The notes under the pieces: model-generated
What the model was told of the DNA's origin: nothing
What the model saw: the letters and a program-made list of their open reading frames with translations, nothing else
Database searches by the model: none
Shown: positions 50,050-62,200 of the stretch, one piece after another
Layout: the number at the start of each line of letters is the position of its first letter
Numbering within the stretch: position 1 is the first letter of the stretch
From: Podarcis cretensis
Lineage: Eukaryota
Direction: 5' to 3'
DNA: 64,000 bases
NCBI GenBank assembly: GCA_951804945.1
Contig: OX638156.1
Span: forward strand, 39,556,001-39,620,000
Program-made: the position numbers and the translations under genes

Positions 50050-50360
50050 CTAAAGCACCACCCACACTATGCATTTAAAGCTGTATCATTCAGCTTTAAA
50101 TGGTCGTGGCTTCCTGCCCTCCCAAGAAATCTGGAAAGTGTAATATGTTGGAGGGGCTGAGAGTTGTTAGGAGACCCCTGTTCCCCTCCCAGAATTACAA
50201 TTCCTAGAGTTCCCTTGGGACTGACTGTTAAGACACTCTGGGAATGTAAGGTCTCCTAACAACTCTCAGCACTCTTAACAAATACATTTCCCAGGATTTT
50301 TGGGAGGAAGCCTTGATTGCTTAAATTGGTGCTAGGGTATTTTAAATGTATATTGCAACT
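50050..50360. mobile_element. Large palindromic MITE (possibly PIF/Harbinger)
   Basis: Arms GCTGAGAGTTGTTAGGAGACC/GGTCTCCTAACAACTCTCAGC and CATTTAAA/TTTAAATG; half copies at ~31345-31510 and 59770-60015. Confidence 0.6.
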
Positions 50361-50768
50361 GAGCCAGAAGTCGGATCATTAATCCACCTAGCCTTAAACT
50401 GTCAACATACTGATTGGCAGTGTCTTTCCCCGGTTTCAGAAAAGGGACATTCCCAGTCCTACCTGGAGATGACAGGGAACTGAAGCTGGGACCTTCTACA
50501 TGCAAGGCAGATGCTCTTCACCCTGAGCCCTTATCCTGCACCAAATCAATCTTGCACTGCTTAGGTCTCAGATTGTTGCAGCTCTCAAAGCACCAAAACT
50601 CTCCTCTCTCCCTTCAGTTGATATACCTACCCATTTTGGTGATCGCTTTATGCACCTGATGAAGTAACCTTGGCCCATGAAAGATTTTGCCAGAAAGGAT
50701 CTTCAATAGTAAGAAGCCATAAAAGTATTTGTTGCTTTTGCCAGGACCAACCACTATGGCTCTGGAAC

Positions 50769-50978
50769 CATAGCTGTCAACCTTCCCTTTTTTGTGGGAA
50801 ATTCCCTTATTGCAGCGCCATTTCCCACTGCTTCCCGCTGCTATCCCGGATTGTTAGATATCCCGTAGACTGTCCCTGGGACAGGAGAGGCTGCTGATCC
50901 CTTATTTTCAAGGCTTCTGATCCCTTATTTTCAAGGCTGCTGATCCCTTATTTTCAAATCTGAAAGTTGACAGCTGTG
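50769..50978. mobile_element. Young hAT MITE (CATAGCTGTCAAC TIR), copy 2
   Basis: 8-bp TSD TCTGGAAC; three tandem 23-mers GGCTGCTGATCCCTTATTTTCAA. Confidence 0.92.
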
Positions 50979-51621
50979 TCTGGAACTGGTCACTTGAAGT
51001 AGGCCTCAATTCAGTACACAACAGAGAGGACCCCGAGCGTACAAGCTTGGTCAGCTCTGATGTTTTCCCGCCCTCATATACGAGGGTATATTAGTGCTCC
51101 AAAAAGTCCCAGGTCCTCCCAGCAGCTGCACAACAAGCAGAGCACAGGCGGCAACTTGCTTTGCAAGCCTCCTTCTCCACAAATTTCCTTAAGCCTGCCC
51201 TGGAGGGATCCCCTCTTAAAATGAGGTAGGAGCTCTTCCATCTAAAGAGCTCATTTCATTCCTGAAAGGTAAGGTGTCAAAGGGAAATGTGCCAAGAAGA
51301 GCAAATGCCTGGAAGCAACTGGTGTACAACTGCCAACAATGTAGGGAGGGCCTTGATCCATCCTCTGCATGAGAGACCACTATGGACAAACCCTGTGTGG
51401 GAGCACTGAGAGCCCCATAGGAGGGTCAGAAATGGAATCATCACCTGCCAGCCTGCTAACCAGACCAACTAGCCAGCCTTTATACAAAAAATAAAGGGAC
51501 CCACACCTGACATTTGAAATGGAGGCAGACAGAACTCACCAGAACTCAGTTCTGGCACCTCTCAGGTGGGTGCCATTGCCATTATAAGAGAACAAGGGAG
51601 GTGTTCACGGTGAGTTCCAGC

Positions 51622-52014
51622 TGGTGCTTTTCTTCTAGAAAAAAGATGTTGATACTCACGATGAAGTAAGTGCCACATTTTTCACCAGTGCTTTTCTTCT
51701 AGAACAAAAGATGCCAGTACTGAGTACCGTATTTTTTGTTCTATAAGACTCACTTTTTCCCTCCTAAAAAGTAAGGGGAAGTGTGTGTGCGTCTTATGGA
51801 GCGAATGCAGGCTGCACAGCTATCCCAGAAGCCAGAACAGCAAGAGGGATCACTGCTTTCGCTGCACAGCAATCCCTCTTGTTGTTCTGCCTTCTGAGAT
51901 TCAGATTTTTTTTTTCTTGTTTCCCTCCTCCAAAAACTAGGTGCGTCTTATGGTCTGGTGTGTCTTATAGAGCGAAAAATACGGTACCTATGAGTACTCC
52001 CAGAAAAAGCACTG
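51622..52014. mobile_element. hAT-like MITE (CAGTGCTTTT/AAAAGCACTG ends) inserted in a related element
   Basis: 8-bp TSD (G/A)TTCCAGC at 51614-51621 and 52015-52022. Confidence 0.6.
51727..51984. mobile_element. Tc1/mariner (pogo/Tc2-like) MITE
   Basis: TA|CCGTATTTTTTGTTCTATAAGAC…GTCTTATAGAGCGAAAAATACGG|TA. Confidence 0.88.
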
Positions 52015-53613
52015 ATTCCAGCACCTCTTTTTCTACAAATATAGCAGCGAATATATTTATCTACCATGGACAAGATGGCTGGCTGACTGGATCAACAGAT
52101 AGACAGATAGATAGATAGATACGGATGAGTACAGAGAAAAATAGTAAACTAGCAAGTTCTGTTCTACCTATTTCCTAGCTTGAGATGCAGCAATAAAGAC
52201 TTTATCCAGTCTTTCAAATGTGGCCACCTCCAAGATTTACTTAATGGCATTATAGCATTTGACATTTGATTTTCCTTTCCTAATTTATTTATTTGTTTAT
52301 AAGTTTTCTTGCTCAGTCCTTCACCATGGGTTCCCGAGGCAGGCTACAAAAATCTGAAAACAGATAAAACCAATACAATTATCAAAACAAGCAACGCCAT
52401 CCAAATTGAACAAAACACCATGGCAAAACACTGGAAGAGCCTGCTCACACAGATGGTTGAGGTACAGATGGATAGATCACGGCAAATGTCCTGCCCCTGT
52501 TCTTAATCCACTTTGGGTCAAGTGGAAAATAAAGACAACCACCTTTGTTTGAACATCTGTAGTTATTGAGGTGTTCGCCAAAAACAAAGCAGGCAAGATC
52601 ATAAAATATAAACAGCTTCCTCCAGAAATATCTGCCAGGAGAAGCTACACAGAATGTTAAGCATTTCCATGAAGCTTCTCTTTTATGAAAAGGGCCCAGA
52701 TAGGGACAATGAGGAAGAATAAATATCCAGGTGAAGTTAATGAAAGCCAACTTTGTCAGGGCCACCCCAAGCCATTTTGCTGCCTGAGGAGAAAGAGAAG
52801 ATGATACCTCCTCCCCGTCCTGGGGACAGAAGGCAACTGAGCTGGCAGCTGAATCTTGCCTCAGCTACTGGTGACGAAATAAGCATCCTCCATTGTACCT
52901 GAGGCAGCACGACTGAGAAGGCTGTGTGGGAACAGAGAGGAATAACTTGGGACTCAGGACTAACAGCCAACAGGTTGCTGCCTGATGTGGTTATCTCACT
53001 CTGCCTAATGGTAGGACCGGCCCCAACTTTTGTGGGAGGTCACATCATAAGATGTTAAATAACCCAAAGTGGAAAGGGCTTGCATGGTATTTCCCAATAC
53101 CACACCTTCTTCTCTAAATCAGGAATGCTCCAAGAGAACAAGCTCCCTAGGGTGTGGAGAGACCCTTGGGGAGTAAGGAATTCACCACCAACCCCAGAAG
53201 AAAGCTGAGGTGGCTTCAGAAAGGCTCTGCAGAACACTCTCATCCTCCACTGGACACGTATTGCTCCAAAAAGCAAGGCCAGAGAATCACATACTGGATG
53301 GAGAACATTTGCCCCCAGCCCACCACGCTCTTTCCTCCCAACTCAGTTCTACTACATCAGGTGTTGGGAGCTTTTGGCCCTTCGGACATTGCTGAACCTC
53401 AACACCCATCATTCCTAGCCACTGGCCATGCTAGCTAGGGCTGATGGAAGTTGTAGTTCAGCAACAACTGGAGAGCCAAAGGCTCCCAACAATTGTGCTT
53501 GTATCTGCATCTCTTGGCCACCTCTAAAGTGTCTTCTGCCTTCCTGATTCTGCCTGCTCCCTTGAAATCCTCCTGTGTTCTCTGGATAAGGCCACATGAC
53601 AATGATTTTTTCA

Positions 53614-54385
53614 CAATTTGAAGATTGGGGAAAATTGTGGAAATAAAAATTAAAATTTACTGCATGCACGGCGTTGAAGGAAAACGTTATGAAAACATTT
53701 TATAGATGGTACATTACACCGGTAAAACTTGCAAAAATGTATAAAACATGTAATAAGTGTTGGAAATGTAAAGAAAAAGAGGGAACGTTTTACCATATGT
53801 GGTGGGAATGTAAGAAAGTGAGGAGTTTCTGGGAAGCGATATATAATGAATTGAAAAAGATGTTAAAAAACACATTTGTTAAGAAACCAGAAGCTTTTCT
53901 CTTAGGAATTACAGGAAATGAAATAAGAAGAAAGGACTGTAAACTCTTCCAATATGCAGTTACAGCAGCAAGAATCTTACTGGCCCAGAAATGGAAACAA
54001 GAGGAAGTACCGACGATACAAGAATGGAGATCGAAATTAACGGACTATGCGGAACTGGACAAATTGACTGGGAAAATAAGATACGTTCGAAACCAAAAGT
54101 TCATCGAAGATTGGGGAAAGTTTGTAGATTATCTGAAAAATGTATGTGATGTGCAAACAATGCTAGTGGGGTTTCAAGAAGCACTGTAAAAGTTTGAGAT
54201 GTATTGCTAAAAAGAAATAGAAAGGGGAGGGAAGACAAATGGCAATACAATGAAGGGAATGCGTATTGAAGAGTAAATATGGATGATTACCAGAGAAGCG
54301 GAAGGAAGTCAAAAAAGATTAATTTGTTAAAACATGGAGAAAATTGTATAATTGTGTTGGAAAATTAATAAAAATGTAAATGAGC
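53614..54385 (+). mobile_element. 5'-truncated L1/Tx1-clade LINE
   Basis: Perfect 16-bp TSD GACAATGATTTTTTCA (53598-53613, 54386-54401); ORF2 end, 3'UTR, AATAAA at 54367. Confidence 0.92.
53674..54189 (+). pseudogene. L1 ORF2 C-terminal fragment with CCHC zinc knuckle
   Basis: RWYITP.KL…CWKCKEKEGTFYHMWWEC..VRSFW…AARILLAQKWK; disrupted frame and truncation upstream. Confidence 0.9.
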
Positions 54386-54902
54386 GACAATGATTTTTTC
54401 AATATTAGTAGAACCAGTGTGTTTTTTCCGAGAAAAGTAGGTGCTGGAACTCACCATGAATTTATAGTAAGCCACCGGGGGACTCGGGGCAGCCCTGAAC
54501 AGATGCCGGTTTGACAGCAGCCACTTTCACCACCTGAGGAGCTGCTGAAAACTACTGCAAGCTGCTTCCCTAACTAGTTTGGGGGTTGCCGCTGGTTCTG
54601 GTGCAGGTGAAATAAATGTGTCCCACCTTCTTTGTTCTCTTAGATTCAGACGGATGGCTAAGGCAACTTGCAAACGCACACAGTGAGGCATGGCCTAGAA
54701 AGCTTAAAGTCTACTGCCACTACACAGGAGATGGATTGGAGAAAATGAAATATGAATTGGCCCCATAGCTTGACCAATCGTGACTAGGAACAGCTACAAG
54801 CTAGGTAGAGACATAGATCTTTTAAAAAGTGTAGATTCACACACACTAGCCAACTTCTGTTTTGACTTGAAATATTCATTTTGGGCTTCTCAGAAGTACA
54901 TA

Positions 54903-55235
54903 CAGTGGTGCCCCGCAAGACGAATGCCTCGCAAGACGAAAAACCCGCTAGACGAAAGGGTTTTCCGTTTTTCGAGGCGCTTCGCAAGACGACTTTCCCT
55001 ATGGGCTTGCTTCGCAAGATGAAAACATCTTGCGAGTCTTGTGATTTTTTTTTCGCTTTTTTCTCCCTTTTTCTAAGCCGCTAATAGCTGCTTAGCCGCT
55101 TAGCCGCTAAGCTGCTAATAGCCGCTAAGCCACTAATAGCGCTAATCCGCTAATAGGGGTGCTTCGCAAGACGAAAAAACTGCTAGACGAAGAGAATCGC
55201 GGAACGGATTCTTTTCGTCTTGCGAGGCACCACTG
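54903..55235. mobile_element. Tc1/mariner (Tigger-like) MITE
   Basis: TA|CAGTGGTGCCCCGCAAGACGAA…TTCGTCTTGCGAGGCACCACTG|TA; internal CGCAAGACGAA and GCCGCTAA(TA) repeats; CpG-rich. Confidence 0.9.
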
Positions 55236-56050
55236 TAAAGGCAAGAAGCAGGCTGGGGGAGCAGTGGTCTGTGATGCCACCCCCTGAGAGGTGCCAGAAC
55301 TCTCCAGCTTACTCCGACTGAGTAGAACTATCTGGGGTGCAAATGACTGTGTGGTCCTAATTGAGCTAGGGAGACCCCCTAGGCAGTCCGTGTCTCATGG
55401 GCAAAAATGGTCAGCAATTATAATATGTTTGTGACAATTAGGTAATTGCCTCCCTTTATCAAATGCGGTGGATAGGCGCTTCTTAAAATATGGACATTTA
55501 ACAGAAAACATGCACCTACACGAATATGGCATATGTGTTACTGTAATAGGTTCCTGCCTATCTGAATTAAACCCAGCAGAACACCCTCTGTTCTGCATTA
55601 TTCAAGTGTGTAGATAAAGAAATGCTGTATCTCTTTCTGTGTTACCCACTGACAATAGGCTCACACTCCACACACAGGCACACAATTTCAGCCACTAAGA
55701 GGCTTTTAGAAAGCCCCACATTCCCTTCAACATGCCATGAAAACGGCAAATTTTGATCTGAGCTGGAGGTGGCAGGCTAATAAATATATGGGAGGTTTAA
55801 AAACAAATATTTCTTTTTTCTGGAGTGCCTATATTTCCTCAACTGGGCTCAGCAGCGGCAAAAGCATCACATGTCTAAAAAATAAAGAGGAATCAGTGAA
55901 CAGTAGTTTTAAATTGATATATACTTCTGTTATTTTAATGATGTGATTTAAAATGAACTGGCAGACCTCAGTATCACCCTTGGCTTTATGTCAGCAATGT
56001 GTTTGGTTCAGTCAATCACTGACATGGCTGAAAGAGTGAGCTGCCAGTCA

Positions 56051-56064
56051 CCAGCAGGGGGCAC
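56051..56064 (+). promoter_or_regulatory. Candidate CTCF site
   Basis: CCAGCAGGGGGCAC matches the CTCF core CCASYAGRKGGCRS, in non-repetitive DNA. Confidence 0.45.
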
Positions 56065-57185
56065 TGCAGGGATTTCTTTCTTTAGGCAAGAACACAAAGG
56101 AAAGTCTCTTGATTATTATTATTCTTCTTTAAATAAGGCATATTTTGAGCACAATGTGAGGCTCACAACAATCGTCCCCTAGCAAAGGAACTTTTCCTCT
56201 CCTGAACAGAAATTATTGATATTGGAAGGGGAGTAGGGGTGTTCCAAAAATGCCAATTTTGAGCTCTACATGATAGAGGTACCTTGTTAGGCTGATGCTA
56301 CAGCTTAGCACAGGGAACAGATCACGTTCCTGAGAGCCATTCCTTACCACAGCTCTTCTCGGATTTCTGAGCCACACTGTCTGGTTAAATGTATCTCCTG
56401 TTACTTCACAATAGCACATCACTCTCACAGTTCCCCAAGCCACTGTACTGATCATCACAGAAAATTCAGTGTGTTGCGCATTTCAGATTATTTTAACAGC
56501 AACGTTAAGCTATGATCCCTTAAGATTATATCCTGCTATCACTGTTTTCCTGTTTTCTCTGCTGCAGTGGTTTACTTAAGAAGATGATTATTACTGTTGT
56601 TGCTGTTGTTGTTACTATTCTATTTAAATTTATTAGCCATCCTTCAGCAGCAGTTCCCAGGGCAGATTACAACTATTCAAAGTTCAAAAATTCAAAACAG
56701 TTAAAAAGAAATTATGGTCACAGGAATAGGGTGGGTCCTGAAAACAAACATCTCAGGGGGCAAAGGGCAAGGTAAGAAGTGTGTTTTCAGCACTCACTGA
56801 AAGCTGAAGAGGGAAGGTGCTGGACGTGCTTAGGGGCTGCCACAGAGAAGGCTTTCTCTCGGGCCACCACCGCCCAAACTTCCTATTTAAAAATAATTTT
56901 ATTAATGTTATATTATTGCAATTTGTAGCCCAAACCATTCTACATTGAATGAAATAAAATGGCAGGGGGTGGGGGAGGGAGAGAGAGAGAGAAAGGGACA
57001 TGTGAAAGGGGGAGGACAACATAACAAACAAACAAAACCTCTATAGATTAAAAGGGGAAATGTCATCATTTACTGTACGTTGTCACTCAAAAAATGTAAA
57101 AGCAAAGCTCACCTCTCAATAATTTTTTTTTTTATTTTACCGTACATGTATTGTGTTACTCTCATATGTAAGTTTTATCATTAAG

Positions 57186-57372
57186 CATAGTTGTCAACTT
57201 TCAGATTTGAAAATAAGGGATCAGCAGCCTCGAAAATAAGAGATCAGCAGCCTCACCTGTCCCTGGGACAGTATATGGGATATCTAACAATCCGGGATAG
57301 CAGCGCGAAGCAGCGGGAAATGGCGCTGGAATAAGGGAATTTCCCACAAAAAAAGGAAGGTTGACAGCTATG
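57186..57372. mobile_element. Young hAT MITE (CATAGCTGTCAAC TIR), copy 3, inverted
   Basis: 8-bp TSD TCATTAAG; two tandem 23-mers. Confidence 0.92.
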
Positions 57373-58367
57373 TCATTAAGACAGTTTGCCAGGTTTTCCT
57401 TAACCAATCAGTTATGGTAATGGGATCTTTATTTGTCCACTTTTGTGCAATACACAGTTTTGCTGCTGTTAGCAATGAGGTTGGTTGGGCTGAGAGAAAG
57501 TGACTGGCTCAAAGGGAGCTTTGTGGCGAAGCATGGATTTGAACCCTGGTCTCCCAGGTCCTAGTTCAACACTCTGGCCACTATGCCACACTTGATCTCA
57601 GATGTCTGCTGCTGCCTGCAAAGGAACCAGTACCTAACGGGAAGGTGTGTAGAAGGCTTATGATTTTTATTTTTGCCTAATTGAATGCATGTTTCTGCAA
57701 CTTATAATATACACATTTTTTTCCGCCAGGAGAACTGCGTCACAAAATCCAGAGAAGTGTGGCATTTTGAAGAATAGCTGCATTTTGGTTCATGCCTTGT
57801 TTCGGGAACTACCGGTACGGATCAGGTTCACATAAAAATGCAAATTGAGCTGAATTCCTTCCCCATCCTTAGGAAGGTGGTGACATAACCTTTGGAGTTC
57901 CTGCCAAGTGAAGGGCAGGCAACCCATCACACCACAGACAAGTGAGAAGAGAGAGAGAGAGAGAGACTAGACATTATTTCTCCCCAGCCCCTTCCTAATC
58001 AAGTGCCATGACAGGAGCCAGAATATGCTTGAACATGGAGCATGTAACAGCTAGAGAAATTCAGCAAAAAGAAAGCAGAACCCCTATAAGTAAACTTGTG
58101 ATTATTGCACATCAGCCCATGAGGGCAGTTGAGAAGGTATTATTTATTAATAATAATTCAATTTATGAACTTCCCTTCACTCTTAAGATCCCAGGGCGGG
58201 CTGCCACAATTTAAAATACAACATTAAGAGCAATTTTAAACAACTTACAATCACAAAAATAGGGTGGGTCCCAAAAATATGCATCTCAAATGTACTGCCA
58301 AAGAGTATCATCAAAGAGTAATAGTAGTAATCACCCGCCCATGAGGCGAGGTGAAGAGGCCTCCTTG

Positions 58368-58820
58368 CAGCGCCGGATTTACGTATAAGCTAAACAAGCT
58401 ATAGCTTAGGGCCCCACTCTCTTGGGGGTCCCCCAAAAAATTAAAGGGAAAAAACTGGATGTACATTTCCAAAATAGAAGATAAAAAAAAACATAAAATA
58501 AAACCTACATACAGCAACAGTGTTTTGTGTTGTGTAGGCTCCTATGATGTAAGTAATGGGCCTCGCCTGCTAAGCTGCTCCCTAAAATATCACTGGTTTG
58601 CTCATTTCTATATATAGGGTGCCTACATTCTGCATGGACTGGTTGCATGGCAACATGTGCAAATGGCTTTAGATACCTATTAGGTCCATAAATTACCATA
58701 TAGCATATATTCAACACAAAAAACAGTGACAATTTGTTGTTGACAAAGGACAGCTGGACATATAAAGGCCCCCATTGCCTTCAGTAGTTTAGGGCCTCAT
58801 CAAACCTAAATCTGGTCATG
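58368..58820. mobile_element. Non-autonomous hAT (Tip100-like) element
   Basis: Ends CAGCGCCGGATTTA / TAAATCTGGTCATG; perfect 8-bp TSD CCTCCTTG. Confidence 0.85.
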
Positions 58821-59210
58821 CCTCCTTGGGTAGCAGACTCTGGAGAGTTGGGGGGGTGGCAGATCTCCATCCATCACTGCCCACTGTCCGTTGCTGCTGC
58901 CCGCTCCCCTTCAGAAAGAGGGAGGCACAGCCTTGAGAGAGGTGGCTGGTGGAGAAGGTGCTCAAACCTGTCAGCTCCCTCTCTCATCCCTGCATCTGTC
59001 TCCCTTGGGAGAGGGAGACATAGCTGCTGTGAATGAGACACACACCCCCTTACTTAATGGGGTTGGTTCACAGTTGCTGCATTTCCCTCTCTCAGGGAAC
59101 AGGGAGACAAAGAGATGAGATAGGAGCACTGCAAAGAAGGGGAGGACTGAAGATCAGCCCAGCGTGTAAAGGAGACCTCCAGGTATAGGGCAGTATATAA
59201 ATTCTAATTC

Positions 59211-59256
<46 letters not shown>
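59211..59256. repeat. (AAT)n microsatellite, probably a LINE tail
   Basis: Direct reading; preceded by GGGCAGTATATAAAT, an L2-like 3' end. Confidence 0.9.
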
Positions 59257-59257
<1 letters not shown>

Positions 59258-62200
59258 TACACTTTTACATTCTCAGTGTTCGCTTCTTGGCCAACACTGC
59301 GTAAGAAATGGCAACTTACACAAACACATATGCTACTGTTGATAAACAGGCAAGTAAAACTGTGGCGGCAGGATGCTTCAATTTATTATTTATTAAACTA
59401 ATAGCAACTGTTCAAAGAAAATTAGACAGAAGGTCCCAAAACCCTCCTGGAACACTTGGTGGAACTGGGCCAGTCGGAACTAACAAGCCTGCCAAAGCAT
59501 TCCTCGTTCTCACTGAAAACATTCTGCTTGGACACACACAACTTTTCAACTGTAGCGTTACACACTCTGGTTCCCGGGATGCATTTAATGCAATTTGAGA
59601 ATCAGAGAGAGAGCTCAGGACATTTTGTTGGTTTGGATGCCTGGAACTGGCACACGCCCAAACAAAGTCAGAACATTTTAAAAGGGTGCTTGTATGGGCA
59701 AGAATCAACTCTTGCAGACAACAGCGGAAGTCAAGGATGGGAAGGAAATAAGCTGGTCAGGATATGTTTTGAGGGTGACTAAACTTTGGTCCCTAGGTAA
59801 ATGGTTCCCTTATCCCCCCTACCCCGAGCTACAGTTAGAATGCTTTAACAAGCAATTCTTCTTCCCAGAGAACTCTGGGAATTGTAGCTCTGGAAGGAGA
59901 ATAGGGGTATCCTAAAAACACCCTCAATAAAGTATAGCTCCCAGAATTCCTTGGGGGAAGCCATGATTATTTAAAGTGATATCATACTGTTTTAAATGTA
60001 TTGTATGAATGTGGCCAATGTCAGAATGAATCGTATGTCTGTATGAATGTCAGTGGGCATGGAGAAAACTATTCATACCAGATAGAAATGTGTCAGTAAT
60101 ACATCAACATTTGCAATGAATGAGCAAAAATGAGAAGCAGCAAAAAATACTTTAAAAAAAAAAACCTATAATGCAGATTAAACATGACCATTTAAAATGC
60201 ACAAATAAAAATGTTTTTACCCAGTGTCCAAAAAATTATAATGTTGGCACCAGTCACACCTGTCTGCGGAGGTCATTCTAGATTTGGAAAGCCATGACAG
60301 CAAAGGTCCTCTTCTATGTAGCTGCATAATATAGATCCTAAAACACAAACATGTTGGTTCCTGAGCGCAGAATGGGCACATGAAGTACCATAAGTCAAAA
60401 TTACAAGGAAAACTGGAAGAATCTGCTCTAGCACCAGATCCCTTTGAAGATGGAAATGGAAAGAATGTCTGATTGGCCGTGGTGTCCAGCAAGTGATCTT
60501 TACTCTCCTGCCCAGGTTGCAATGAAAATATGAGCAAAGACTCAGTCTCAATCAAGAGATAGATTTTGAAATAGTAAAGTTCCTACTCTCCCCACTGGGG
60601 TGGGGGGGTGATAAAACTGTCAGTAGTCAAAAGGACAGGAAGCAAAATTATGTTGGAAATGGGTGAGAATGCTGTTTTTTCCAGATGTGGCAAGATCAAT
60701 AACCATATTGCTTACACCCAAAACAAGCTTTGGAGTGTAGTTCTGCCAAGTTTACTGTAGAGATAAGAATGTACAATATTTTACGAAGCAGCATCTATCA
60801 CGGTAACTTTGAGGCATTTGGCTGGTGGTGACTGCCAAGGAGAAAGGAGCATCTGCTCTCACTTTAGGAGTTTATATTCTGGGTCTGGTGAAAGGAGGCA
60901 AAAAATCTCTGAAAGAGCCTTTGGGGAACACGACTGAGTTTCTCTACATAGCTCTAAAGGGGGGGGGGGACTAATATTATAGAAAACTTGAAAGGGACGG
61001 CTTCTGAGAGAGGAGCGAATAACATCTTCCTAATACTGAACGTATTGCAAACCTTTGACTAAAACATTAAAGTGGTTCTCTAAAACTAGAGCAATTATTA
61101 AATATGAATAGCTTTAAAGATAGAATATAACCCAGCCTTTTTGTTTTCAATTCATTTGATACATCGAAAGAAAAACATGCAGCCTTCTCCCATCTTCTGC
61201 CAAGATGTGTAAGGGGAAGTGCATTTTATGGAGGAGGAGGGTCGTTAACTTGAGCCTTTTTCCTTAATCAGGCTCCAGATGCCAAATATGGGCTAAGAAA
61301 ATGTTCTGAAGAAATCAGATGGTTGCTTTGCAGTTCCTGAAAAATATGCCGCAACCATTTCTGTTCATGAAGCAGAATTGTTTTTTAAGTGACTGTGTCG
61401 ACTAGAAACTTCGGGTCTCTGATTTACAATAAATAGTTGAAAAGAAGACCTTAATCTTTTTTTCTTTTCTTTTAAGAATTTAGAAAGTAAATGGCCCAAA
61501 TGCTGATGGAACCAATACTGCCCCAATACCTCCCACATTTCATCCGGGAGGAGATCTTGTTCTGCCCTTAGGAGAATCTCAGCTCCACCAGAATCCTCAG
61601 CACATCCCAGGACTGAGGGGGGGGGATGGGCCTCTGTCAAGGGGTCTGAATGGCTTCACCTTACTGTGACAGCAGGTGCTCTGAACAGCTGGCTCTAAGC
61701 ACCCGTTCAGATTGATGCACAATCAAGGGCATTGTGGGGAATTTTAAGGGTGGCCAGATCCTGCCCCCTGCTGCTGTTCCATTCGCCAGGGTAGAAGAAT
61801 ACAGGGTGGGGGGGTGTAAACTATATTAAAATACAATTATTTCTTCATCCCCCTTCACAGCTTGTACCTTGCACTTCTGCAAGTTCCAAGGACGACTCAT
61901 AAAAAATCAAAATAACAATAAAAACATTTTTTAAAACGTGAATTGAATTGTTTATTATAGTCATGGGCCAATAAAATTCAGTACAAAATAGAAGATAATG
62001 TTGCAATTACATAGAAATATACTTTTTTTTTTTCCTTCCCCAGCAGCCAGCAAAAAAAAAATCTCCCCTGATCTACATTGAGATCAGGGAGGAAACTGGA
62101 AACTCTCTCGGTGATATAAAAAGACATACAACCTTAAGCAGAATACAAAGTTTTCAGGAGATCTTTCCAGAAATCTTCTTAGTAGAGAGATGTGAGGAAT

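Noticed and set aside
50890-50958. CRISPR-like or regulatory repeat array
   Set aside because: Contiguous tandem 23-mers without spacers, inside a eukaryotic MITE.
60260-60337. Possible 78-nt minus-strand exon (TGTGTTTTAG|GATCTAT…GACAG|GTGTGA)
   Set aside because: Weak donor, unrecognisable peptide and no partner exons; needs RNA-seq junction reads.
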